A stretch of DNA of 24,914 nt from the NCBI GenBank assembly GCA_902803275.1, contig CADCPE010000074.1, positions 1-24,914 of the forward strand. Direction: 5' to 3'. How positions within the stretch are numbered: position 1 is the stretch's first letter; each line of letters begins with the position of its first letter. Of this stretch, positions 1 through 7,734 are shown piece after piece. The position numbers and the translations under genes are program-made. The stretch comes from an uncultured Erysipelotrichaceae bacterium. Lineage in GTDB: Bacteria > Bacillota_I > Bacilli_A > Erysipelotrichales > Erysipelotrichaceae. The notes beneath the pieces were generated by a model that saw nothing but the letters and a program-made list of their open reading frames with translations, searched no databases and was not told the DNA's origin.

Positions 1-282
1 AGAGATATCAATGGTCACAAATCAGAGAAAGGTTCAGCCTGGGGCTATGGCAGGACCAGCAGTGAAGAAGAATTGACTGACAGGATCATTGAGATGCACG
101 AAAAGATGGTCATACCTTCAATAAGGAACGGACTGATCGGATACATCTACACTCAGGTAAGCGATGTTGAAGGAGAGATAAACGGTCTATATACCTATGA
201 CCGCAAGGTATGCAAAGTCAATAAAGAAAAACTTCTTGAAGCAAACAGCAGACTTCAAGAAGTATATAGAGCTAATCTGTGA
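1..282 (+). CDS. Glycoside hydrolase family 2-like protein, C-terminal fragment (5' end outside window)
   Basis: Frame 1 is open from base 1 (RDINGHKSEKGSAWGYG...) to TGA at 280-282. GYIYTQVSDVEGEINGLYTYDRK resembles the YTQxxDVExExNGLxTYDR motif of GH2 TIM-barrel C-termini. Confidence 0.7.
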   Translation, partial: RDINGHKSEKGSAWGYGRTSSEEELTDRIIEMHEKMVIPSIRNGLIGYIYTQVSDVEGEINGLYTYDRKVCKVNKEKLLEANSRLQEVYRANL

Positions 283-1396
283 TACTGCAGGCCGATCCGC
301 AATCCGTGAGATCGGCTTTTGTTTCGGACTTCAGTATTTCAATATCGATGTATCTGTTAAACCAGGTCGTAAGACCTTCAAGGCTCTGGTAATAGACAAG
401 ATCATCATTGCTTCCCGGATCAAGATAGGCAACGACTTCGCCGTCCTTATATATGAACATTGACGGTGTATAGGTAACTCTTGAACTGATCGAGTTGTCT
501 GTCTTGGAGAAATCGCTCAGGATCAGGGCATACATGTCGATCTGATTGGACTGACTAAATTCCTTTACGATCGGATAGAAGGAGGCGCAGGATGCACAGC
601 CTGGCAGATAGACATAGACTGCAAAGGTCTGCTTATCGTTTTCCATCTGCTTGAGCTGTTCCACGTTTTCGATCTGTACGAAGATCGAAGGATCGTCCTG
701 TTTGCTGTCATCATCCTTTTCAGGATTGTTAATTCTCGTCAATGTTGAAAAGTCGATATTGTGGTAATTGACCAGTGAGAAATCATAGTGCGTCTGTCCG
801 TTTTCCTCATAGGTGGTTTCGACCTTGTTTTTGCCCTCGTAATACCAGTAGCCGCCGGTATTGTAGATCTTCGTCTGATCCCAGCCTAGAGCCACCAGCA
901 GATCCTTGGTCATGCCCGAATATCCGCCGCCCCCGCACATCAGGAAGATATACTTGTCTTTAGGGAACAGGCTTTCAAGTATATGAAGTGATTCCTCGTA
1001 GTTGGCGATGTATTCACCGTCTTCAGTATGCGTAAACAGCGTATCGCCGCTGTAGCTTTCACCGACCTCTTCAGGCAATCCTTGCACGTTGCAAAGATAC
1101 GGATAAGGCACGACTTCAAAACCCTTCACATAACCGGAGAGGTAGGAATCGCCGCCTATCGCTTCATAGTTGGCTTCATCCTTCAGCATCCGCACATCGC
1201 GATAGACACTGTCTTTTCTGCCAAGATACTCATCGATGGTCGCTTCGTTGATGTTTTTATCAATGCCCAGCTGGCCTCTCATGCCGTCGCTCAGCTCAGG
1301 AAGAGGAAGATTCTTTTCCTTGCATGAAGCAAGCGTTACCAGCATCAGAACACAGATAAGTGTTTTTAATAAAGTTAGAAAACAGTTCTTTTTCAT
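272..1396 (-). CDS. Predicted lipoprotein: rhodanese-like domain + thioredoxin-like domain + C-terminal CxxxC tail
   Basis: Start MKKNCFLTLLKTLICVLMLVTLAS-C (lipobox LASC, Cys codon 1324-1322); alternative ATG at 1405. Rhodanese signatures DVR, GYVKGFEVVPY, IFLMCGGGGYSG, KIYNTGGY. Thioredoxin signatures YLPGCASC and YTPSMFIYKDGEVV. Ends DCGSACSITD-TAG. Confidence 0.8.
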   Translation of the reverse strand: MKKNCFLTLLKTLICVLMLVTLASCKEKNLPLPELSDGMRGQLGIDKNINEATIDEYLGRKDSVYRDVRMLKDEANYEAIGGDSYLSGYVKGFEVVPYPYLCNVQGLPEEVGESYSGDTLFTHTEDGEYIANYEESLHILESLFPKDKYIFLMCGGGGYSGMTKDLLVALGWDQTKIYNTGGYWYYEGKNKVETTYEENGQTHYDFSLVNYHNIDFSTLTRINNPEKDDDSKQDDPSIFVQIENVEQLKQMENDKQTFAVYVYLPGCASCASFYPIVKEFSQSNQIDMYALILSDFSKTDNSISSRVTYTPSMFIYKDGEVVAYLDPGSNDDLVYYQSLEGLTTWFNRYIDIEILKSETKADLTDCGSACSITD

Positions 1397-1406
1397 ATCA
1401 ATCATT

Positions 1407-1412
1407 ATTATA
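1407..1412 (-). promoter_or_regulatory. Putative -10 box (TATAAT) of the lipoprotein gene
   Basis: Perfect TATAAT 10 nt upstream of ATG 1396. TTGCTT lies 15 nt upstream of the box (short spacer). No SD. Confidence 0.45.
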
Positions 1413-1443
1413 CATTTTTTTCTGCATAAGCAAGAGAAACGGA

Positions 1444-2688
1444 CTACTGTCCGCTTCTCATGAAATTCTCTATATCATCCGGCTGCTTGATGATCTCTCT
1501 GGACAGGACTTCACATCCTGTATCGGTTATAAGCAGATCATCCTCGATCCTTATGCCTATGCCTTCATCGGCAATATACAGCCCCGGTTCATTGGTTATG
1601 ACGTTTCCTGCTTCAAGGATCTGTCCCATGCCGCCGTCAACGTCATGCGTATCCAGACCAAGATGATGGGATACGGAATGGAAGTAGTATTCGTTAAGAT
1701 CCTTGTTGAGATTGTGCTTAGGAAGCTCTTCCTTATAGTAATCGATGACCAGCTGATTGAGGTCCTTCATCTTCATGCCGGCACAGGCATTGCTTTCCAC
1801 GATCTTCTGGGCATTGAGCACGATATTGTAGATCTCCAGCTGCCGGTCGCTGAATTCGCCGTTGACCGGGAAGGTCCTGGAGATGTCTGCACAGTAATAG
1901 CCATATGTCGCTCCAAGGTCACAAAGGAACAGTTCACCATCCTGCATAGTCTGGTTGTTGTCGTGATAATGAAGGATCGTCGCTCTTTCTCCTGAGGCTG
2001 CGATCGTATCAAAAGCCTTGTTGCGGCAAAGCGCCTGGAACAGCACGAAGTCAAAGACGCCTTCCATGCTCATCTCATTCAATCCCGGCTTGGCAGTTTT
2101 CATCATCTGCTGTATGCCAAGGTTGGTGGTGTGAATGGCTTTCCTGATGCAGGAGATCTCATATTCATCCTTGATAAGTCTCATGCGACCGATGAGCGGA
2201 TAGATATCTTTCAGCTTTATATATGGATATCTTTCCTGCAGCTTCTTTGCGTATTTTATGGAAACGGTCTCTTCCTGTTCCATAGAGTAGTGCCAGAAAT
2301 CAAAATAGAATTCAAAACCGCTTTCTCTTCTCATCCTGTTCATCAAAACAGCTGTGGTATCATCGAGCTCACTGACTGTTCTGATGTCGTTAATCTCTGA
2401 GATCTGTGCAGCTTCTTCCTTCAGCATCCTGCCTCCCACCCAGCGGGCCAGAGTCTTGTTGAAAGGAAGAATAAACAGCATCTGCTTGCCTATGCCATCC
2501 ATCTTGTACATAAGCAGGACCATCTCCTCCTTATCAAGACCGGTCAGGTAGTAGAAGCTGCGGTTTACTGAAAACGGATAGGCTTCATCTTCCGAACGCA
2601 TCGGCGCCTTTCCTGAAAAAAGCATCACGGCGCAATTATCCGGCAGTGTTTCAAGCAATCTTTTACGTCTGTTAGAATATTGATTCAT
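1444..2688 (-). CDS. pepP: Xaa-Pro aminopeptidase (M24B)
   Basis: Metal ligands CDLGA, ADISRT, HSVSHHLGLDTHD, EPGLY, RIEDD. N-terminal AMP_N-like RSEDEAYPFSVNRSFYYLTG. Start MNQYSN at 2688 follows purine-rich AGAAGGAAGAAG. Overlaps the thiI end by 17 nt. Confidence 0.92.
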   Translation of the reverse strand: MNQYSNRRKRLLETLPDNCAVMLFSGKAPMRSEDEAYPFSVNRSFYYLTGLDKEEMVLLMYKMDGIGKQMLFILPFNKTLARWVGGRMLKEEAAQISEINDIRTVSELDDTTAVLMNRMRRESGFEFYFDFWHYSMEQEETVSIKYAKKLQERYPYIKLKDIYPLIGRMRLIKDEYEISCIRKAIHTTNLGIQQMMKTAKPGLNEMSMEGVFDFVLFQALCRNKAFDTIAASGERATILHYHDNNQTMQDGELFLCDLGATYGYYCADISRTFPVNGEFSDRQLEIYNIVLNAQKIVESNACAGMKMKDLNQLVIDYYKEELPKHNLNKDLNEYYFHSVSHHLGLDTHDVDGGMGQILEAGNVITNEPGLYIADEGIGIRIEDDLLITDTGCEVLSREIIKQPDDIENFMRSGQ

Positions 2689-3871
2689 CTTCTTCCTTCT
2701 TTCTATACGACACTTTAACAATCCTGTCATTGTTTATGCATTCTTCAACAAGCGTTTCGAAATCAAACAGCGATTCATAGTGAAGACACTTGTCTTCCTT
2801 CGGTTTGGTGACCGGATTCTTCGGATCAAAGATCGTGCAGCAGTCTTCATAAGGAAGGATACTGGTCTCATAGGTATCGATGCGCTTGGCGATATCAATG
2901 ATCTCCAGCTTGTCCATCATGCACAGCGGTCTAAGGATCAAGGTATCGGCGACCTTGCCGATGACGCTTATCGATTCCGGAGTCTGTGAGGCAACCTGAC
3001 CGATTGATTCGCCGTTGGTGATGACTCCGATGTGCCTTTGCTTGCACAGCCTGTCAGCTATCCTGTACATCATCCTGCGCATGATCGTGATGCAGTACGG
3101 TTCATCGACGTTTTTATAGATAGCCAGCTGCAGATCGGTAAACGGAATGATATGGACATTGATCTCTTCCTGAGCGACCGAAAGCTTTTCAGCCAGTGTC
3201 AGCACTTTCTGCAGTGCCTGCTTTGAAGTATAAGGTTCAGAGGCAAAATGAAGGCACTCTATCTTCAGCCCCCTTTTCATCGTCATGTAGGCTGCGACCG
3301 GTGAATCGATACCGCCTGACATCATGACCATGGCCATGCCGTTGATGCCGGTAGGATAACCGCCTCCGCCTTTTACTTTTTCGTCCATGACATAGATGAA
3401 ATCCTTGTCTACCGATACATAAAGCATCAGATCAGGATCATGGACATCGACAAGCAGATCGCTGTTGTGCAGAATGTTTCCGGCAACAGCCCTGTTGATC
3501 TCGTCGGATATCAGCGGATAATTCTTGTCATGTCTTTTCGTAGCGACCTTGAAAGTTCTGGCGTTGTGTTTCCTTGCGAGCTCCAGGGTGACTTTTTTGA
3601 CATCTTCGATATCTCTGCCAACCCTGATCGCACCGGCGAAATATGAGTAGCCGAAAACATCTTTAAGTTCCTTCTTTATCACTTCATAGTCTTCGCCGTT
3701 GAGCTTGATGAACAGACCGTCATGAAGCATGTTGTAGGTCAGAGCTTCATGGTCCTTGAGTCTTTTCTTGATGTTGGAAGTAAGCTGCTTTGTGAATTCC
3801 TTGCGGTTCTTACCCTTGGTAGAAAGTTCGCCGTATCTGACGATGATGTGGTCATATTGAATATCAGGCAT
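2672..3871 (-). CDS. thiI: tRNA 4-thiouridine(8) synthase ThiI (THUMP + PP-loop, no C-terminal rhodanese domain)
   Basis: IVRYGELSTKGKNRK N-terminus, MSGGIDSPVAA PP-loop, GESIGQVASQT, PYEDCC; 399 aa; directly follows a cysteine desulfurase. Confidence 0.97.
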   Translation of the reverse strand: MPDIQYDHIIVRYGELSTKGKNRKEFTKQLTSNIKKRLKDHEALTYNMLHDGLFIKLNGEDYEVIKKELKDVFGYSYFAGAIRVGRDIEDVKKVTLELARKHNARTFKVATKRHDKNYPLISDEINRAVAGNILHNSDLLVDVHDPDLMLYVSVDKDFIYVMDEKVKGGGGYPTGINGMAMVMMSGGIDSPVAAYMTMKRGLKIECLHFASEPYTSKQALQKVLTLAEKLSVAQEEINVHIIPFTDLQLAIYKNVDEPYCITIMRRMMYRIADRLCKQRHIGVITNGESIGQVASQTPESISVIGKVADTLILRPLCMMDKLEIIDIAKRIDTYETSILPYEDCCTIFDPKNPVTKPKEDKCLHYESLFDFETLVEECINNDRIVKVSYRKKEEDESIF

Positions 3872-4967
3872 ATTTATTCAGGATCTCCTTCAGTGTCTTC
3901 AGGAAGTAGTCGATCTCTTCCCTGGTATTGGTGTAATCAAAAGAAATGCGCAGGGCATAGTTCTCATCGATGCCCAAGGCATTCAGTGTTCTGTTGAGTT
4001 CGTTCTTTCTTGAGCCGCAGGTCGATTTGGATGAGATCATTATGCCTTTATCATTCAAGGCATTCAGCATGACTTCCGACTGCACCGGCGTGGAAATATT
4101 GACCAGTGTCATCAGACCCTTGTCATAGTTGATCCTGGCGATATCCTTCAATCCATCTATCAGCTGATCGTGAAGCTGTACAAGATCGTCATGGTACTTA
4201 TCCTTGTTTTCCATGGCGATCCTTAAGGTCTTGGCCAGAACGATATTACTCAGGGCATTCGATGTTCCGCCCCTTATTCCGTATTCCTGCTGGCCGCCGG
4301 AAATGATCGGCGAAAGATTCACGAATTCCTTCTTGATCAGAACCCCCGATCCTTTCAGGCCGTGGATCTTGTGGGCAGAAAAGCTTGCCATATCGACGTT
4401 TTTCAGATCGACATCGACCTTGCCTACTCCCTGCGTGATGTCGGTGTGGAAATAGGTACCGGAATGTTTCTTCACCACTTCAGCAATGCTTTCAACGTCA
4501 TTGATCGCCCCGATCTCGTTGTTTACCTGCATGATCGAAACAAGAAGCGTATCACTTCTTAAGGCATCTTTGACCATATCGGCACTGATATGTCCGTCCT
4601 TGTCAGGATCGATGTAGGTAACTTCATAACCGAACTCGTTTTCCAGCTGTCTGAAACTGTTATATACAGAGGAGTGTTCATAGATCGAAGTGATCAGATG
4701 CTTTCTTTCGGGATGTCTGAAGCACAAGCCCTTTATGGCCAGTGAATTGGCTTCTGAAGCACCGGAAGTAAAAATGATCTCGTCCTTCTTTACGCCGAAT
4801 GTATCGGCGATGATGGAACGGGACTTCTCCTGCATAGCATAAATAGCGACGCCGTCGTCGTATAAGGCATCGCTATTACAGTAATATTCATCCAATAGTT
4901 TTTTGTAGGTCTTTCCTACTTCAGCGTCCAAGGAAGTAGTTGAGACTGCATCCAGGTAAACTTTCAC
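3864..4967 (-). CDS. iscS: Cysteine desulfurase (IscS/NifZ-like, class V PLP enzyme)
   Basis: FTSGASEANSLA, HTDITQG, SAHKIHGLKG (PLP lysine), GGQQEYGIRGGT, SSKSTCGS (catalytic Cys). GTG start overlaps the ezrA TAG. Confidence 0.93.
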   Translation of the reverse strand: MKVYLDAVSTTSLDAEVGKTYKKLLDEYYCNSDALYDDGVAIYAMQEKSRSIIADTFGVKKDEIIFTSGASEANSLAIKGLCFRHPERKHLITSIYEHSSVYNSFRQLENEFGYEVTYIDPDKDGHISADMVKDALRSDTLLVSIMQVNNEIGAINDVESIAEVVKKHSGTYFHTDITQGVGKVDVDLKNVDMASFSAHKIHGLKGSGVLIKKEFVNLSPIISGGQQEYGIRGGTSNALSNIVLAKTLRIAMENKDKYHDDLVQLHDQLIDGLKDIARINYDKGLMTLVNISTPVQSEVMLNALNDKGIMISSKSTCGSRKNELNRTLNALGIDENYALRISFDYTNTREEIDYFLKTLKEILNKYA

Positions 4968-6679
4968 TAGACATTCCTCATGATCTTTTCATCGGCATCA
5001 TCCGGGAACAGCGTCTCGATACAGCTGATCGCCGTCTTTAATGCCTTTGTATATTCGCCGTTGAGATACTGGAACTCGGCTTTCGAGAGTTCTCTGTCGA
5101 TCTCCGGATAAGTCGAACGATACTTGTTGCCGAAGACTACGGCATTCTCGACCATGATCGACATGCCGACGACGTTGTTGATGTTGTTGTAGAACTTGTA
5201 GGTAAAATCGATCGCCTCATCAAGCAGAGCATTGAGCTCTTCGATGTTGATCGGAACTTCAGCGATCATCTCTCTGATCTGTTCGATATATTCTCTTGCC
5301 TTCTGCAGATCGTTCTTGTATGATTCATCAATGCTTGGAAGTGCGTATTCCAGCAGCTTGGTCTCGACTTCGGAAACGACCAGCTGCAGTTTGGTCAGCT
5401 GACTGGTGGCTCTTGTCTCGCCATCTGTCGACTTGTCGATCCTTGACTTGTAGGACTACAGGGTCTTGAGATCGGCTTCCACCGAATTGAAGAGTTCATC
5501 CGCATCAGAGAGTATATCTGACGAAGGTCTTACACATGAGATCAGATCGACATTGATCTGTTCATATTTGGCTTTATACTTGCTGATGCTGTTTCGCATG
5601 TCGCTGAGGACCTTGCTGAGGTCCTCAAGACCGAATCTTGCGGATTCCTTATGGTAGGCAATGCGCACATACTCCTCGACCTTTTCCATATCCCTGATAT
5701 GTTCATAGGCCTTCTCGTTAGTCTCTTTTGCCTGCTTGAATGACCGGTTTTCATCGGCAAGCGCTTCATTCAGGCTGTTGAGGATATCCTTGTCATTGGA
5801 AAGATCAGCCTTTATGCCCTTGGTCTCGGCAGCCATGATCTTTCCGGTGCACTCTTCAATGCTCTGTTCGATCCCGGCAATCTTTTCATCGGTCTTCAGA
5901 TGATCGATATAGACGCCTCTTTGCTTTGTTAAGGCGATCTCCCGTTTGGTCTCATCCATCATCAGAGGAACTACACCCTTTAGATCCTTGAGAAGTTTAG
6001 GGACCTTGTTGGCGTTGGTCTTGATCGTTTCGAGTATTTCATCGATCTTTTCCAGATCGTTCTGTGCACTTACATAATCCGAAGCATATATGAATTCCTC
6101 AGAAGAAGAGAAAAGGCTTTCGCATTCTTCCAGTTTCTTTACAAAACCGTCATAGGAAATGGAAAGAAGCTGTGAATTCTTGTTGATGGTGGTCTTGACG
6201 ATCCTGTATTTCTCTTTGAGCTTAGTAGAGTAGTCTCTTTGCTGATTCTCTTTTTTGGAGAACTCCTCCAGGAAATCATCGATCTCCTTGACCTCCGCTT
6301 CACATTCCTTCATCGCCAGATCGATCATGTCCAGCGTTTCCAGATTCTCCATGTAGGATTTTTCGGATTGGGAATCATCGGCATCGTTCAGCATCTGCTG
6401 CAGATCGTTGATATGCATATCGACTTCGTTATAGCGTTTCAGATAGACATCGACTTCCTTGGCCATTTCTTCATTGCGCCTGGCCATGGTCTGGGCCTTG
6501 TTCAATTTGAAAGCCAGAGGGACCGTCTTGATATCATTAAAACGGACGTACAACTCGTCCATCTTTTTCTTCAAATTCTTTTTATGGGAATTTCTGACAA
6601 TAAGAACAACCGCAAGAGCTATTACCACTACCGAAACTGCCGCTATGATAATAATCGTTGTCGTGTTTAGTGTTTTCAT
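4967..6679 (-). pseudogene. ezrA: Septation ring regulator EzrA, interrupted by a single in-frame TAG at 5458-5456 (recent nonsense mutation or sequence error)
   Basis: N-terminal TM helix (TIIIIAAVSVVVIALAVVLIV) followed by long helical sequence. The frame continues after the TAG (L*SYKSRIDK...EMIAEVP...) to TAG 4969-4967, giving 407+1+162 = 570 positions. C-terminal VFGNKYR patch. Conserved position between rpsD and iscS-thiI. Confidence 0.85.
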
Positions 6680-6687
6680 ACGCATTA

Positions 6688-6716
6688 ATTTTACTATTTA
6701 AACATGCATTTTTCAA
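6688..6716 (-). promoter_or_regulatory. Putative sigma-A promoter of the ezrA operon
   Basis: TTGAAA (6716-6711) - 17 nt - TAAAAT (6693-6688), 8 nt before ATG 6679. Confidence 0.65.
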
Positions 6717-6745
6717 TTGACGTACGGGCCTCATTCTGCGATAAT
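6717..6745 (+). promoter_or_regulatory. Putative sigma-A promoter of rpsD
   Basis: TTGACG (6717-6722) - 17 nt - GATAAT (6740-6745), with TGn extension at 6737-6739. Confidence 0.65.
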
Positions 6746-6751
6746 AATTAA

Positions 6752-6899
6752 GCACATAAATTTATAGCAGCATGTAAAGTTACCGGCAAAGTATCAGTAC
6801 CAGATGCGGAAACAAGTAAAGCGGCGCTATGCTTGAAAGTTGAATACTGACACTCCCGATAATGATTTACACCTGTACTTACTTAAGGAGGAAAAACTT
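6752..6899 (+). promoter_or_regulatory. Long structured rpsD 5' leader, candidate S4 autoregulatory element
   Basis: About 150-nt leader. ATAGC 6764-6768 pairs with GCTAT 6826-6830; inner GTATC/GATGC hairpin; GTAAAG occurs twice (6774, 6816); SD AAGGAGG precedes ATG 6900. S4 autoregulation via the rpsD leader is known in Bacillus. Confidence 0.5.
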
Positions 6900-7505
6900 A
6901 TGGCAAGAAACACAGGTCCTACTTGGAGAATTTCCAGACGTTTGAACTTCTCTGTTCTTGAAACAGGAGAAGAACTCGCAAAGAGACCTTACATCCCGGG
7001 CATGCATGGTTCTGCAACCAGACGTGTCAAACAGTCAAACTATGGCTTACAGAAAGCTGAAAAGCAGAAATTAAGACATATGTACGGCTTAAGTGAAAAG
7101 CAGTTCTACAACACTTATGTCAAGGCTGTCAAGAAGAAAGGTGTCACCGGTACTAACCTGTTTGTCATGCTGGAATCAAGATTGGACAATCTTGTATACC
7201 GCATGGGCTTCGCAAGCACCAGAAAACAGGCCAGACAGATCGTTACTCACGGTCATGTCCTGGTAAACGGCAAGAAAGTCGATATCCCTTCATGCCAGAT
7301 CAAACCGGGCTCTACAATCGAGATCAAGGAAAACTACAAGAACAACGCTTTAGTAGCTGAATCAGTAGATGCTACAGTATCATTCAAGGATTTCGTTGAA
7401 GTTGATAAGGAAGCGCGTAAAGGAAAGTATGTCAGATTACCTGAAAGAAAAGAACTCAATCAGGAAATCAACGAATTGCTCGTAATCGAATATTACAACA
7501 GGTAA
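6900..7505 (+). CDS. rpsD: 30S ribosomal protein S4
   Basis: MARNTGP...EKQKLRHMYGLSEKQF...LESRLDNLVYRMGFASTRKQARQIVTHGHVLVNGKKVDIPS...IEYYNR; 201 aa; strong SD. The ORF-track start at 6840 is rejected. Confidence 0.99.
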   Translation: MARNTGPTWRISRRLNFSVLETGEELAKRPYIPGMHGSATRRVKQSNYGLQKAEKQKLRHMYGLSEKQFYNTYVKAVKKKGVTGTNLFVMLESRLDNLVYRMGFASTRKQARQIVTHGHVLVNGKKVDIPSCQIKPGSTIEIKENYKNNALVAESVDATVSFKDFVEVDKEARKGKYVRLPERKELNQEINELLVIEYYNR

Positions 7506-7519
7506 TAATACAGAGCTAC

Positions 7520-7546
7520 AAAAAGTGCCTGAAAAGGCACTTTTTT
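7520..7546 (+). terminator. Intrinsic terminator of rpsD (potentially bidirectional)
   Basis: AAAAAGTGCCT-GAAA-AGGCAC-TTTTTT. Confidence 0.9.
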
Positions 7547-7601
7547 GATGCGTTAAAACCATCTCATATCATGCCGTAAATGTCTAACATCTCCTTGAAA
7601 C

Positions 7602-7619
7602 AAAAAACCGCCGAAGCGG
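7602..7619 (-). terminator. Intrinsic terminator-like hairpin with UUCG loop, downstream of the GGDEF gene
   Basis: Minus strand reads CCGC-TTCG-GCGG-TTTTTT. Confidence 0.6.
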
Positions 7620-7734
7620 AATCTCCCTGCCATTTACTGGCCATATGTATTTTTATTATGCAAAATTTTATAAACACTTTTTTCAGATTTAATGCAAAAC
7701 TATTTCAACAAATCATGGTCTTCTCAAAAACTTT

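Noticed and set aside
5456-6685. ORF-track call of two independent genes (409 aa and 100 aa)
   Set aside because: Both are in the same frame, separated by one stop and 62 sense codons; together they form one EzrA.
6840-6899. N-terminal extension of S4 (MNTDTPDN...) and similar upstream starts for pepP (2730), the PHP gene (8914), yvcK (16023), uvrB (18899) and the AKR (22160)
   Set aside because: Downstream ATGs match family N-termini and have an SD, a stop/start overlap or -10 geometry. The extensions run through promoters, terminators or neighbouring genes.
7563-7584. Purine-riboswitch-like words CTCATAT and CCGTAAATGTC
   Set aside because: They match parts of the xpt-type aptamer as I recall it, but only 4 nt separate them. 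P2 and the UUUCUAC junction are missing, and no gene lies downstream on that strand.
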